A DNA stretch of 52,380 nucleotides from Promethearchaeota archaeon (GTDB taxonomy: Archaea; Asgardarchaeota; Lokiarchaeia; Sigyniarchaeales; SOKP01): contig JBHLNF010000017.1 of assembly GCA_048937405.1 (NCBI GenBank), positions 1 through 52,380 on the forward strand. Direction: 5' to 3'. Below, in pieces: positions 9,518 to 20,018 of the stretch. How positions within the stretch are numbered: the first letter of the stretch is position 1; each line of letters starts with the position of its first letter. The position numbers and the translations under genes were made by a program. The notes beneath the pieces were generated by a model. The model saw nothing but the letters and a program-made list of their open reading frames with translations. It did no database searches and was not told where the DNA came from.

Positions 9518-10105
9518 ATGTTTGTTTTAAACGTTGAGAATCTAAAGGATGCTAGAATAACATTAACACTAATTTTTATTAATATCTTATGCTACCTCCT
9601 TTTTAATTTAATAGCCCCTGAAAATGTGCTCTTTTATCTTGTACAAATTAACAGAAACGTGATTAACGAGTTCCAAGTTTGGAGGCTTTTTAGCTCAATG
9701 TTCCTTCATGCTGATCCTATTCATTTATTCTCAAATATGCTAGCTTTACTTTTGTTTGGCGCGACTGTAGAAAATAATACAGTTATTTCTAAAATACAAT
9801 TTTTAATTATTTATTTTATTTCAGGTTTAATTGGTAATTTATTCTCCCTATTTTTACTTCCATTGGATTCAATTAGTTTAGGAGCATCTGGAGCTATTTT
9901 TGGATTAATTGGAGCCTCTTTTATAATTATTGCTACAGATGATCCCTCTCTTTTATATTTTGCTATTTTTTATATCATATTTTTTTTAGTTACTTCATTA
10001 ATGGAGGGGATAAATTTTTGGGCTCATATATTTGGTTTATTAGGAGGTTTTTTATTTGGTTATCTATTCTACACTCGTAAAAGGAAAAATAACCCTATAT
10101 ATTAG
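9518..10105 (+). CDS. Rhomboid family intramembrane serine protease
   Basis: WRLFSSMFLH, HLFSNM, GASGA (catalytic Ser), AHIFGLLGG (catalytic His). Confidence 0.95.
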   Translation: MFVLNVENLKDARITLTLIFINILCYLLFNLIAPENVLFYLVQINRNVINEFQVWRLFSSMFLHADPIHLFSNMLALLLFGATVENNTVISKIQFLIIYFISGLIGNLFSLFLLPLDSISLGASGAIFGLIGASFIIIATDDPSLLYFAIFYIIFFLVTSLMEGINFWAHIFGLLGGFLFGYLFYTRKRKNNPIY

Positions 10106-10127
10106 ACTATATATTAGATTATTAAGC

Positions 10128-10787
10128 TCATTTTTTTTTCTTTTTATTTGCTAATTCCATAGAAAAATCTTTTGGACAAATATTATTTAATGAACACAAA
10201 TTACACTTTGGTCTTAAAGGAAAACATATTTGTTGCCCAAATCTCACAAATAATCTATTAATTTTTAACCATAATTCCTTTGGAATCTTTTCCTTTAAAG
10301 CTTCTTCTGTTTTAAGAGGATTTTTAGTCTTTACCCAGCCCAATCTATTTGAGATTCTATGTACGTGAGTATCTACGGGAATCGCAGGCATCTTAAAAGC
10401 ATACACTAATACACAGTTAGCGGTCTTACTCCCAACACCAGGTAAACTTATTAATTCCTCATAATTCTTAGGAATGATGCTATTGTACTTATTAACTAAT
10501 ATTTTTGATACTTCTTTAATTCGAGCAGCTTTTACTTTATAAAAACCTGCTGATTTTATAAGCTGTTCAATATCATTAATATTTGCGTCAGCTATACTTC
10601 TTGGTGTATTATATTTTGAAAATAATCTTTCTGTTGCCATTCTTGTGTTAGCATCTTTTGTTCGTGCTGATAATATCGTTGATATTAAAATTTTAAATGG
10701 ATCATGTTTATTTTTAGCTAATTCATCTAAATGAGCTTCTCCTTCTAATTGCTTTTCAATTTCATCCAAAATATCTTTATATTCCAT
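10128..10787 (-). CDS. nth: Endonuclease III (HhH-GPD DNA glycosylase with [4Fe-4S] cluster)
   Basis: LPGVGSKTA, VDTHVHRISNRLG, C-x6-C-x2-C-x5-C cluster motif. Confidence 0.95.
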   Translation of the reverse strand: MEYKDILDEIEKQLEGEAHLDELAKNKHDPFKILISTILSARTKDANTRMATERLFSKYNTPRSIADANINDIEQLIKSAGFYKVKAARIKEVSKILVNKYNSIIPKNYEELISLPGVGSKTANCVLVYAFKMPAIPVDTHVHRISNRLGWVKTKNPLKTEEALKEKIPKELWLKINRLFVRFGQQICFPLRPKCNLCSLNNICPKDFSMELANKKKKK

Positions 10788-10793
10788 AATAGA

Positions 10794-12200
10794 TCATTTT
10801 TTTTCTAATACATACAGTCTTCTTTTAGTTATTTGCCCTTTTTTAGCATCAATTAATGTTTTAACATAATCTTTTCGAAATTTAAGTTTCTGATTTGATT
10901 TGTTATTTATTCTGGTTAGATCTATTAATGGCACAATGACAAATTTGTTTTTGTAAACTAATTTTTCAATATTTATTTGAATATCATTTCCATCAATAGT
11001 ACTAATAATTGGAGAAATGAAACAAAGTCTACAATTTGGTTTTAAAATAAGATAAGCTTCTTGAAAGAATTTATCATATAATGGTTCCAACTTTGTCTCT
11101 ATTAACTCTTTAACTTGAGTATAATAAGGTTTATTTCTGTAAAAAGGACCTAGATCTGGTTCAGTACATATACCATCAAAAGAGTATGCGTCATAAATCT
11201 CAGATAAATTTCTTGCATCATGATTTACAACTCTTTTATCTATAAATGGAGGTATTTCTTCTTCCAACAATGATAATAACCAAAAAATGTTACGGATTGT
11301 ATTTTTCACTTTTTCTGTATCAATATCCAATCCAAATATTTGGAATTCATGCAGTATAGCAAATAAACCTATAGTACCATTTCCAATAAATGGATCAAGA
11401 ATTTTCTTTTTTTCTCTATTTGTAAATAAGTTTAAAAAGTTTAGCATTATCGTTGCTAATTTTGGAGAAATTGCGCTTTTAAATTCTTTAAATGGTCTTT
11501 CTTCATCAATCTTTCTTTTAAAATTTGGATCATCAGTTGTAAAGGTTCTTGCGATATATACACCCTCTTCAGTGAAACCAAAAATTATTTCAGCTCTATT
11601 TTCTTTAAGGAGTTCATATTTAATTATATGATGTGGAAAAATTGGATTCAGATTACCTAATTTTATATTTTTTTCAGGATATTGATAATAAAGTGCTTTG
11701 GTTGCCCCTTTTCTTTTGAGAATTTCCATTATTTCTTTGTTTAGAAAAGGTAGTAAGTGTTTAATTAATACTTCAGAATAATATTTCTCATCATAGAGAT
11801 TTGGATAAATGGAAACAGCAAAAAACATACTCTCGTAGATTTTAGGAAAAATTCCATCTTTTCCAATGATCAAATTATCAAGAATTTTAAGTATCTTCTC
11901 CCTTGATTTTTCAACAGATTTAAACTTACTAATTTGGAGTGGAAAGGCTTCCTGAATAGTGTTAATATCAATAAAATCATAAATTTCTGCAATTTTTTGA
12001 CAACCTCCTAAAATGAATTGAATTTCCATGAGTTTATTAATATATTGTTTATCCTGGTGTAATTTTTCAAATTCTACTATCGCGATATTACCAGAGTAAT
12101 CGATTATTTTACCCTTATTTTGAGAATGTTTAAGGTAATTGTCTAATTCTGCAATTGATAATCGAAAATTAGAACCTAAAACAAATAAAAATCTTTCCAT
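10794..12200 (-). CDS. Trm11/TrmG10-like SAM-dependent tRNA methyltransferase family protein
   Basis: ISPKLA.IM.N, ILDPFIGNGT, GLDID, DAR.L, ICTEPDLG. Confidence 0.7.
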   Translation of the reverse strand: MERFLFVLGSNFRLSIAELDNYLKHSQNKGKIIDYSGNIAIVEFEKLHQDKQYINKLMEIQFILGGCQKIAEIYDFIDINTIQEAFPLQISKFKSVEKSREKILKILDNLIIGKDGIFPKIYESMFFAVSIYPNLYDEKYYSEVLIKHLLPFLNKEIMEILKRKGATKALYYQYPEKNIKLGNLNPIFPHHIIKYELLKENRAEIIFGFTEEGVYIARTFTTDDPNFKRKIDEERPFKEFKSAISPKLATIMLNFLNLFTNREKKKILDPFIGNGTIGLFAILHEFQIFGLDIDTEKVKNTIRNIFWLLSLLEEEIPPFIDKRVVNHDARNLSEIYDAYSFDGICTEPDLGPFYRNKPYYTQVKELIETKLEPLYDKFFQEAYLILKPNCRLCFISPIISTIDGNDIQINIEKLVYKNKFVIVPLIDLTRINNKSNQKLKFRKDYVKTLIDAKKGQITKRRLYVLEKK

Positions 12201-12255
12201 ATTTCTAAGAAAAGGAATAATAGATATAATTTCTATTTTACGGATAATAAGTATA

Positions 12256-13548
12256 CTAATTTTTATTTTTTTTTCTTAACCATTGTTTAAATGCTTTCGT
12301 TGGCTTACCATGCCAGATTGCTTTTTTAGGATATCTCTTTTCAAATTCATCAATATCTTCATCTGTATATTCTAGTAGAGATTTCTCATGAGATGTTTTT
12401 ACCTCCGCCTCATCTTCCTCTTCCTCTAAATCAATTGAAATCTCATATGTCTCACCAGTAATATCTCCTAACGCGTCCATAATTTCTTCAAGATCTTCTT
12501 TTTTTCTTTCTAAAACAGGGAGTTTTTCTAATACATCCTCTTCAGTAGGTTCTTTTTTCTCTTTTTTTTCTTTTTCTTTTAACTGTTTTTCATATGCTTT
12601 CTTTTTCTCTAATCTCTCTAATCGTAATTTTTTAATTTCTTCAATAATTACTTCATAATTATCTTTAAAATATTTCATCCCTACATTTATAAGATCTCCT
12701 GCGTTATCCCATTTCTCTTTTTTAACAATACCTTCAATCCAGTAATATAAATCTAAATTTAGTTCAATTGTTATAGGTTTTCCTTCAGATTCTATAGCAC
12801 CTATCAAAAAACTCAGAATATTAGCTATTAAAAGATCATTTTCAAAAGCAGTAAAGCCATACTCACGAGCAAGTGATGAAAAAATGCTAAGATTTCCAAA
12901 ACCAACAACTCTTCCCTTAAAGTATTCTACAGAGACCATTAACGGAATCTTAGGACTATCCTCTTCAATCCAATATTCACCATCGTAACGCTTATGCCAA
13001 CTATTTAACCCAGATTGTATTATCGATTGGATTTTTATATTCTTCTCATCCTCAATAAAATCTAAGATCTTTATTGAGCAAGAACTTGAGAATACTATTT
13101 TCTTAATTTGTTGTGTTATAACGTGTGGTTTAAATCTGGTTATAATTGGTCTTTTCTGAAGATTTACATAGTTAACTGAATCATAAATCTCATCCGAAAC
13201 AAATTCAAATCCAAATCTTTTTGTTAAATCATTTAAATTTGTATTATTAGTATGATCTCCTCCACTGGAACTGACTATTAGAAGACTGCCCCCTTTTTTT
13301 ACATATTCCTCAAGTATTTCAATTTCATTCTGTTTTAAACTTGTATTTCTTGGAGTTGATAAAATAATAACATTATATTTCTCAAAATTCCCTAGAGAAT
13401 TAAATCCGGTTTCGATTTTTCCTAGTTTATACCCAGATGTGAATAAGAACTGAGTAAATTCACTAAAACTTGATGATTCTAAGATTAAAAAATTATTATG
13501 ACTATAATCTAAAGCAATACTAGTTTTTCCATTCAAACTTACCCACAC
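12256..13548 (-). CDS. GIFT (GldG/IFT52)/DUF4350-like domain protein with ribbon-helix-helix-like segment and coiled-coil tail
   Basis: DYSHNN...VIILSTP...EIEILEEYVKKGGSLLI...GG...NLN.L...FG; GRVVGFGN.SIF...EN..LI.NIL. Confidence 0.65.
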   Translation of the reverse strand: MWVSLNGKTSIALDYSHNNFLILESSSFSEFTQFLFTSGYKLGKIETGFNSLGNFEKYNVIILSTPRNTSLKQNEIEILEEYVKKGGSLLIVSSSGGDHTNNTNLNDLTKRFGFEFVSDEIYDSVNYVNLQKRPIITRFKPHVITQQIKKIVFSSSCSIKILDFIEDEKNIKIQSIIQSGLNSWHKRYDGEYWIEEDSPKIPLMVSVEYFKGRVVGFGNLSIFSSLAREYGFTAFENDLLIANILSFLIGAIESEGKPITIELNLDLYYWIEGIVKKEKWDNAGDLINVGMKYFKDNYEVIIEEIKKLRLERLEKKKAYEKQLKEKEKKEKKEPTEEDVLEKLPVLERKKEDLEEIMDALGDITGETYEISIDLEEEEDEAEVKTSHEKSLLEYTDEDIDEFEKRYPKKAIWHGKPTKAFKQWLRKKNKN

Positions 13549-13740
13549 CCATTCATTTTAAATTCGATTAAAAATTGTCTCACTCTTCTATACTATATAA
13601 GATATAAACTTCTCTTCTATAAATAAAATTATCTATATTTTACTTGCAAATATATCTAAAACTATATAATTAAATTTGATCTATATATCTTATTTGATAT
13701 AACTATTACCTAATCAATATTATCGTTTTAATTTAGGTAG

Positions 13741-16674
13741 TTATCTATTTTTTCTAAGATATTGTTTTAAAATAATCACCACAGCAATGTCGATAATTCC
13801 TATTGTTAAGCTGATTATAGTAAATAATAACCCTAGATTAAATCCGATTACATTACTTTCTGACACTTTTTCAATAATGACTTCAAAATGTCCTATATTT
13901 CCTAAAGTGTCACTCGCATAGAATATAATAGTCACATTTCCTTCATTAATAGAATCCCATATATTTTCATCAATAGTTCCTGTTAGACTATTAATCGTGA
14001 TATTAGTCAGTCCACCATCTAATGTATACCAAATTTTATCTAGATGTGGTTCAGTAATTAAAATCTCAAAATTAGGAGCATCATTACTAAATTTCTCATT
14101 TTCGATTGGTCTAAGAACTGAGATTTCTGGAGCAATTATATCTTTCCTAATCATTATTTGGGCAAATCCAATATTATTTGAGGTATCATTCGCGTAAAAA
14201 GTAATGAATACTGAACCATTACTTTCCTGGTTCCATGCAACTTGATCTATTATTCCAGTAAAATTCTCAAAGAAAATCTTAGTTAAACCCCCATCTAGTG
14301 AATACCATAACTTATCGAGATTGGATTCAATAATGGTTAAATTATAGCTGGGAGGTGCATTTCCAAAAAGATCGCCATTAGATGGATTATTTATAATAAT
14401 AGTAGGAATTTCAACTTCTTTCTTGCATATATTATTTTCAATAGTATTTCCCGTGCAAAAATCTTCTACAATACACTGACCATTTCCAATCAAAGTATTG
14501 TAAGTAACTTGGTTATCATTACTATGATCTAGCCATATTCCATAGATAATATTAAAGTTAACATTATTTTCTGTAATGTTATTACTATGACTTACTCTTA
14601 AAAATATTCCAAACTCATTATTATTGGATATAGTATTATTAAAAATGAAACTATCAAGAGCATCATTTAAATAGATTCCATACTTACTGTAATGAATTTC
14701 ATTTCTAAAAACAGTAGATAGATTGCAATGAAGAATAAAAATACCATTTTCGGGATTATTGTTCACATTATTTTCTGAAATAGTAATATTATTACATCCT
14801 TGTAAGTTAATACCGTATTCATTGTAATAAAGTTCATTTAAGGTGATATTAGTATCTTCACTAGATATCAGAAATATTCCATTTTCAGCATTATTAATAA
14901 TTTCATTTTTTAAGACAAGATTCCAATAACCTCCCCAAAGTTCAATTCCATTTTCTTGATTATCATTAACCTCATTTTCATAAATAAAACTATTATTACA
15001 ATCTGTAAGGGACATTCCATATTCATTAAATTCTAATAAATTTGAAGAAATATTGTTATTTAAACTTGAAACTAATTCAATTCCCTTATTTTTGTTATTT
15101 AAACCATGATTTTCTAAAATAGAATTAGAGTGACAATCGTCAAAATATAATCCATCAGTATTATTAAGAAGATCGTTATTAGTTACATTATTTGAATGAC
15201 AATTTCTAAAAAACATACCATGATTACTGTTATTAAAAGCATAATTATAAGAAATATTGTTATAATAACAATCGTCTAAGAACAATCCATCCATACTATT
15301 ATTATATAGATTATTTTTAAAAATCACAGAACTATTGACATTTTCTATATACATTCCACGTAAACTATTATTGACTTCATTTTCACTAATATCAAGATAA
15401 ATACTATCAAATATTTCAACTCCACAACCAGTATTGTTGTATAAATAATTTACTGACAAAAAAGTCCCAGTGCAATTTAATATAGAAATTCCACTTAATA
15501 AATTATTGCTTACATTATTATTCATTAAAGTGTTATTCTGTGAGTTATATATTTCAATTCCGCTTCTATTATTATCTAAGATAATGTTTTTTGAACAATT
15601 ATTAAAATGTCCTTGTTCTATTCTAATTCCATATTCCTTAGTAATGGTAATATTATTCTCAAATATTAAATTGTGACTAGCTTCACCTTTTATTGAAATT
15701 CCAGATTCATTTAACTTACTAAGTTCGTTGTTATCGATTTGATTATGACTACTACCAGCGTCTAATTGAATTCCTGTAGTTTCAAGATTGAATAAAATAT
15801 TATATGATAAGTTATTATAATTGCTGGACATTAGCGTCACTCCCGCATTACTTCCAGAGATATTATTATTATAATAACTATTATTATTACTTGAGAAAAA
15901 TAAAACTCCAAAAAAACTATGCAGATTCAAGGTATTATCTGAACAATTATTCATATGACTATTTAGCAAAATTAATCCAATATAATTGTTATTTGTAAGA
16001 TTATTTTTTGAGATTGTATTGTTACCACTACCATAAAGGAAAATGTCAGCCCCAATCGGCATCATAAAGACAAATTGTGGATTAATTACATTTTCGGTTG
16101 CGAAATTGTCTAATACTTTATTTTCTGTACTATCTTCAAGAAATATTCCACTTTCTTCATTGTAGGTGAAGTTATTTTTGAAAATAGTATTATTATAACT
16201 TTCAATTAAAGATATTCCATGTCCTTGATTATATGAGCAATTATTATTTTCTAATATCCCATTACTAACATTAATTAATTGGATTCCTGCACCTTTAAAA
16301 TCTATCCCTTTACTTGAATTATGAACAGTACAATTTCTTATTTTGAAAAATTCCCTTGAATTCTCAATCAAAATACAACTGCTAGAATTTAATCCATTTA
16401 TTGTAACATTTTCAATAATATAACGAACACCATCAAAATAACACCAATCATTGTCATCTGCTGTATCTGACCAATTAAGGGGAATACTTCCATCAATGTG
16501 GATAAAAGAGGCAATATAACCTTCTGAGTTTTTTGGGACTCTATTTATATCATTTTTAAGAGGATTAGACGTTTTATTAAATATTTTTATATTATGAACA
16601 AATATATTGAAAAGAGATAAAATAAGAACTGAGATTAAGATAAGAATTGTCAAACTTCTTTTTTTTTTAATCAT
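13741..16674 (-). CDS. Secreted, membrane-anchored parallel beta-helix (NosD/CASH-repeat) surface protein with two Ig-like stalk domains
   Basis: KKKR plus hydrophobic signal peptide; many GI.L..S.NN.I..N repeats; WY.LDGG repeats; C-terminal TM helix and basic tail. Confidence 0.88.
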   Translation of the reverse strand: MIKKKRSLTILILISVLILSLFNIFVHNIKIFNKTSNPLKNDINRVPKNSEGYIASFIHIDGSIPLNWSDTADDNDWCYFDGVRYIIENVTINGLNSSSCILIENSREFFKIRNCTVHNSSKGIDFKGAGIQLINVSNGILENNNCSYNQGHGISLIESYNNTIFKNNFTYNEESGIFLEDSTENKVLDNFATENVINPQFVFMMPIGADIFLYGSGNNTISKNNLTNNNYIGLILLNSHMNNCSDNTLNLHSFFGVLFFSSNNNSYYNNNISGSNAGVTLMSSNYNNLSYNILFNLETTGIQLDAGSSHNQIDNNELSKLNESGISIKGEASHNLIFENNITITKEYGIRIEQGHFNNCSKNIILDNNRSGIEIYNSQNNTLMNNNVSNNLLSGISILNCTGTFLSVNYLYNNTGCGVEIFDSIYLDISENEVNNSLRGMYIENVNSSVIFKNNLYNNSMDGLFLDDCYYNNISYNYAFNNSNHGMFFRNCHSNNVTNNDLLNNTDGLYFDDCHSNSILENHGLNNKNKGIELVSSLNNNISSNLLEFNEYGMSLTDCNNSFIYENEVNDNQENGIELWGGYWNLVLKNEIINNAENGIFLISSEDTNITLNELYYNEYGINLQGCNNITISENNVNNNPENGIFILHCNLSTVFRNEIHYSKYGIYLNDALDSFIFNNTISNNNEFGIFLRVSHSNNITENNVNFNIIYGIWLDHSNDNQVTYNTLIGNGQCIVEDFCTGNTIENNICKKEVEIPTIIINNPSNGDLFGNAPPSYNLTIIESNLDKLWYSLDGGLTKIFFENFTGIIDQVAWNQESNGSVFITFYANDTSNNIGFAQIMIRKDIIAPEISVLRPIENEKFSNDAPNFEILITEPHLDKIWYTLDGGLTNITINSLTGTIDENIWDSINEGNVTIIFYASDTLGNIGHFEVIIEKVSESNVIGFNLGLLFTIISLTIGIIDIAVVIILKQYLRKNR
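13952..14031. repeat. 80-bp perfect direct repeat, copy 1 (copy 2 at 16980-17059)
   Basis: Base-by-base identity of gaatcccatatattttcatc...tgtatacca. Confidence 0.95.
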
Positions 16675-16732
16675 AAAATAAAACTCAACTGAAAAAATTT
16701 TAAGTATTTGAAAGAATTAATAAAAGATCATT

Positions 16733-18694
16733 TTATAATTCTTCGTCTATAACGTCGTCTACAATTCTTCTTTTTTTCTTGAGATAAAGAGTTAATCCTA
16801 CTATAGCAGCAATACCGATAACTCCCATAGTTACACCGATTATAGTAATTAATAATCCAGTATTAAATCCGTTTCTATCAGTTTTTAACTGTATTTTTTC
16901 AACAATTACTTTTGCACTCCCAATATGTCCTAAAACGTCACTTGCATAGAATATTATGGTTACTTTTTCCTCGCCAAAGGAATCCCATATATTTTCATCA
17001 ATAGTTCCTGTTAGACTATTAATCGTGATATTAGTCAGTCCACCATCTAATGTATACCATATTTTATTAAGATGTGGTTCTACTATTGAAATTTCATAGT
17101 TAGGTGGATCCTCAGTAAAGATTTGATTTTCTTGAGGATAAATAATTTTAATATCTGGGATTAGAACATCTTTTTTGATATAAAAAACTTCTGAATCAAT
17201 TAATCCCTTGGAATCATTTACAAAAAAAGTTATAGACATAGTCCCATTCCCAAAGATATCCCAATCTGATTGTTTAATAGTTCCCTCTAAATTAGAGATC
17301 TCACTCACTATTGTAATCATATCTTGAGAAATTGTATACCAAGTTGTATGTGCGATTCCCTCATCTATAGAAATTTGGTATGAGGGAGGGTTTTTTCCAT
17401 AAAGGTCCGTATTAAGTGGCAAAATGACTGAAAAAATTGGAGGATCCCAAAATATAGGTTTTATATCCTGACTTAGTGCTGGACCTTGAATATTATATGG
17501 AGTATCCCCAATACCATCATCATTTATATCAGTTCCAGGATAATCATGCCAATAATTACCAATTGCACCATTATCCCACAAATTGTTAGTTCCGTTATCT
17601 ATACCATTAGTTCCGGATGGATTAATGAAGTTGTTTTTATAAATAAAAGAATAATTACTTCTATATAGAAAAATTCCTTTTTGATTACGGAGTACATCAT
17701 TTTCAATAATTGTAATATTAAGATTTCTCTCCATATATATTCCATATGGATTATATTCAATTAAATTGTCCGAAATTGTATTATTTTCACTTAATATTAA
17801 ACTTATGCCATAATCTGTATTATTATACACTGTATTTTCCGAGATAGTATTATTTAAGCTCTCATATAACCAAATCCCATAAGAATTATTAAAAGCATCA
17901 TTATTGCAAACAGAATTATTACGACTATACCAATCTAACTGTATTCCATAGGCATTATTCCATACTGAGTTATCATAAAAATAACTATGATTGCTATTCC
18001 TAAAATATATACCTCCATGAATATTTTCATTTGCTATATTATCCCAAACTTCGTTATATTCAGAATAGTAAAGTGCGATTCCTGAAATATCGTTATTACT
18101 GACATTACTTCCAGTAATTTTATTATAATTACTATAATCTAAACGAATTCCTCTGTCTGAATTATAGGTTATATTACAATTTATTATAGAATTATTATGA
18201 CAATTATCTAACCAAAAACCATAACGTTTATTATTATTACAATCAATATTATTAATCTTTCCATTATTAGTGTTAATTAATCTTATTCCGGCGTCCCATG
18301 AAGTTTTTCCTGAATTATAAACCTTAGAACTATTAATTATAAAAAATATATTAGAGTCTCTAATTATGATACAACTATCAGAACCACCAGCATTAATTTC
18401 AATATTGTTAATAACATAGGGCTCATTCCAAGTCCCAAAACCACTACACCAAGAAGGATAATTAGATTTATACCAGTCCCAAGTATGATAACCAGAACCA
18501 GATCCTCCGTTATCATCTATTTTAATTTTTCCAACTTCTATATATCCTGAACTTCTAAGAACAAAATTGTGATTTGCAGAATTTATAGTTCCTAATAATG
18601 AATCTTTATTAATCCCAACTAACACAAGATTGAGTATTAGAAAGAGTATTCCTAATGTTATTATAGTACTTCTTTTTTTATTTTTCGATTTTAT
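16733..18694 (-). CDS. Secreted, membrane-anchored parallel beta-helix (NosD/CASH-repeat) surface protein
   Basis: Beta-helix repeats, GNYW.DY.G.D.NDDGIGDTPY motif, Ig-like repeats, C-terminal TM. The frame extends upstream of GTG 18625 to give the signal peptide (I)KSKNKKRSTIITLGILFLILNLV from ATA at 18694. Confidence 0.88.
   Translation of the reverse strand: MKSKNKKRSTIITLGILFLILNLVLVGINKDSLLGTINSANHNFVLRSSGYIEVGKIKIDDNGGSGSGYHTWDWYKSNYPSWCSGFGTWNEPYVINNIEINAGGSDSCIIIRDSNIFFIINSSKVYNSGKTSWDAGIRLINTNNGKINNIDCNNNKRYGFWLDNCHNNSIINCNITYNSDRGIRLDYSNYNKITGSNVSNNDISGIALYYSEYNEVWDNIANENIHGGIYFRNSNHSYFYDNSVWNNAYGIQLDWYSRNNSVCNNDAFNNSYGIWLYESLNNTISENTVYNNTDYGISLILSENNTISDNLIEYNPYGIYMERNLNITIIENDVLRNQKGIFLYRSNYSFIYKNNFINPSGTNGIDNGTNNLWDNGAIGNYWHDYPGTDINDDGIGDTPYNIQGPALSQDIKPIFWDPPIFSVILPLNTDLYGKNPPSYQISIDEGIAHTTWYTISQDMITIVSEISNLEGTIKQSDWDIFGNGTMSITFFVNDSKGLIDSEVFYIKKDVLIPDIKIIYPQENQIFTEDPPNYEISIVEPHLNKIWYTLDGGLTNITINSLTGTIDENIWDSFGEEKVTIIFYASDVLGHIGSAKVIVEKIQLKTDRNGFNTGLLITIIGVTMGVIGIAAIVGLTLYLKKKRRIVDDVIDEEL
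16980..17059. repeat. 80-bp perfect direct repeat, copy 2
   Basis: Identical to 13952-14031; encodes WYTLDGGLTNITINSLTGTIDENIWDS in both genes. Confidence 0.95.
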
Positions 18695-18792
18695 TAAATT
18701 ATCACCAATTATATTTTCTATATTAATTTATTACTTCTTTGTATATAAAAGATGATATATATATTCTAATTAGAAAAAAATAAGAATAATCA

Positions 18793-19644
18793 TTATATTA
18801 CGAAGATATCCAAAACAGTATGAAATAAATTCGGACCATAACTTTTTACAAATCTATATGAATTTAATTCACATATATATCCTTCACTAAGTGCAATTTC
18901 TTTGAACTCATCAAATAAAGATAAAAAATTATCCTTTTCTACTACTCCTTCATAATGTATCATCGTTCCTTTGTCCTTCACCAAAGATAACGCCTCCTCT
19001 ATATAATCTTTAGGCGCAGGAAAAACGCCCATAATTATTCTATCAGCTCTTATCCCTGATTCACTAAGTTTTATAGCTTCAACCTTACAATCCCCATTAA
19101 TTGGCAGAATTTTATTTTCTAAATGGTTTATTTTTATATTTTCCTTTAAATATTTGTACGATTCAGGATTCAGCTCAATACTATATATTCTTTCAGCACT
19201 AGAATGTTTTGCAATAGGTAATGAGAAATATCCTATTCCTGCAAACATATCCACAATTACTTCACCATTTTTAACCAAAGTCGCTAGAAATTTCCTTTCA
19301 TTGAGATTTCCTTTACTAAACATAATTTTTGTAATGTCAAATAGATATATTATGTCATGTTCTTTATGCTTAACTATTGGATTATTTTCTCCAGCGAGCC
19401 ATTCAATTTTTTCGGGTTCTCTGAAAGATCCAACAATTTTTCCCCTATTAATAAATATAGATTTAATACTAGGGAACAATCCTAAACAAGTTTCTCCGAT
19501 TTCCTTTTCTCTCTCCTTTAATATTGGATTAAGTTTTAAAATTATGGTATTTCCTAAGGTTTGAAATCCCCGGGGAAGTAATGAAAGTTCTTCTTTAGAT
19601 AAATTACCTTCTAATTGTTCCTTAAGTTTATCTTTAAAACCCAT
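18793..19644 (-). CDS. taw2: tRNA wyosine-pathway aminocarboxypropyltransferase Taw2/TYW2 (Met-10+/Trm5 family)
   Basis: MFSKGNLNER, VDMFAGIGYF, IELNP, ADRIIMG, VKSYGP...H.V.D. Confidence 0.8.
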   Translation of the reverse strand: MGFKDKLKEQLEGNLSKEELSLLPRGFQTLGNTIILKLNPILKEREKEIGETCLGLFPSIKSIFINRGKIVGSFREPEKIEWLAGENNPIVKHKEHDIIYLFDITKIMFSKGNLNERKFLATLVKNGEVIVDMFAGIGYFSLPIAKHSSAERIYSIELNPESYKYLKENIKINHLENKILPINGDCKVEAIKLSESGIRADRIIMGVFPAPKDYIEEALSLVKDKGTMIHYEGVVEKDNFLSLFDEFKEIALSEGYICELNSYRFVKSYGPNLFHTVLDIFVI

Positions 19645-19787
19645 TAGAAAATTAGATTTTGATTTTCATTATAAATTTGAATAAAGCTATACATCTTTAT
19701 TAATTATCTATTCTAAAAAAGTATATCAATTATTTAAAATTTGAAATATAAAAGTTTATTTCGACAATAAAGTCTTAGATGAATAAA

Positions 19788-19889
19788 ATGACTGAAAAAG
19801 ACCTAAAAAACAAATATATTGTTGAAGAAGAATTTGATGAAGAAGATGTTGAAGAAATTAAAGTAGAAGATATTCTGGAGTCATATTAA
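19788..19889 (+). CDS. Putative 33-aa highly acidic peptide (MTEKDLKNKYIVEEEFDEEDVEEIKVEDILESY)
   Basis: Clean ATG..TAA in an otherwise AT-rich intergenic region, purine-rich coding-like composition, GATGA upstream. Confidence 0.45.
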   Translation: MTEKDLKNKYIVEEEFDEEDVEEIKVEDILESY

Positions 19890-20018
19890 TAAGAACTTTA
19901 TTTAGATGAATCAATCCTAAAATCGAGTTAAATTATTATATAATTATAAATCAATTATAATATACAAAGTATATTATAATCTAATTCAATAAAAAAACTA
20001 TTAGAAAGTGAATAAATA

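Noticed and set aside
13741-18694. Nitrous-oxide reductase accessory gene nosD
   Set aside because: Only the generic beta-helix repeat is shared; no nosZ/F/Y genes are present, and the architecture is that of anchored surface proteins.
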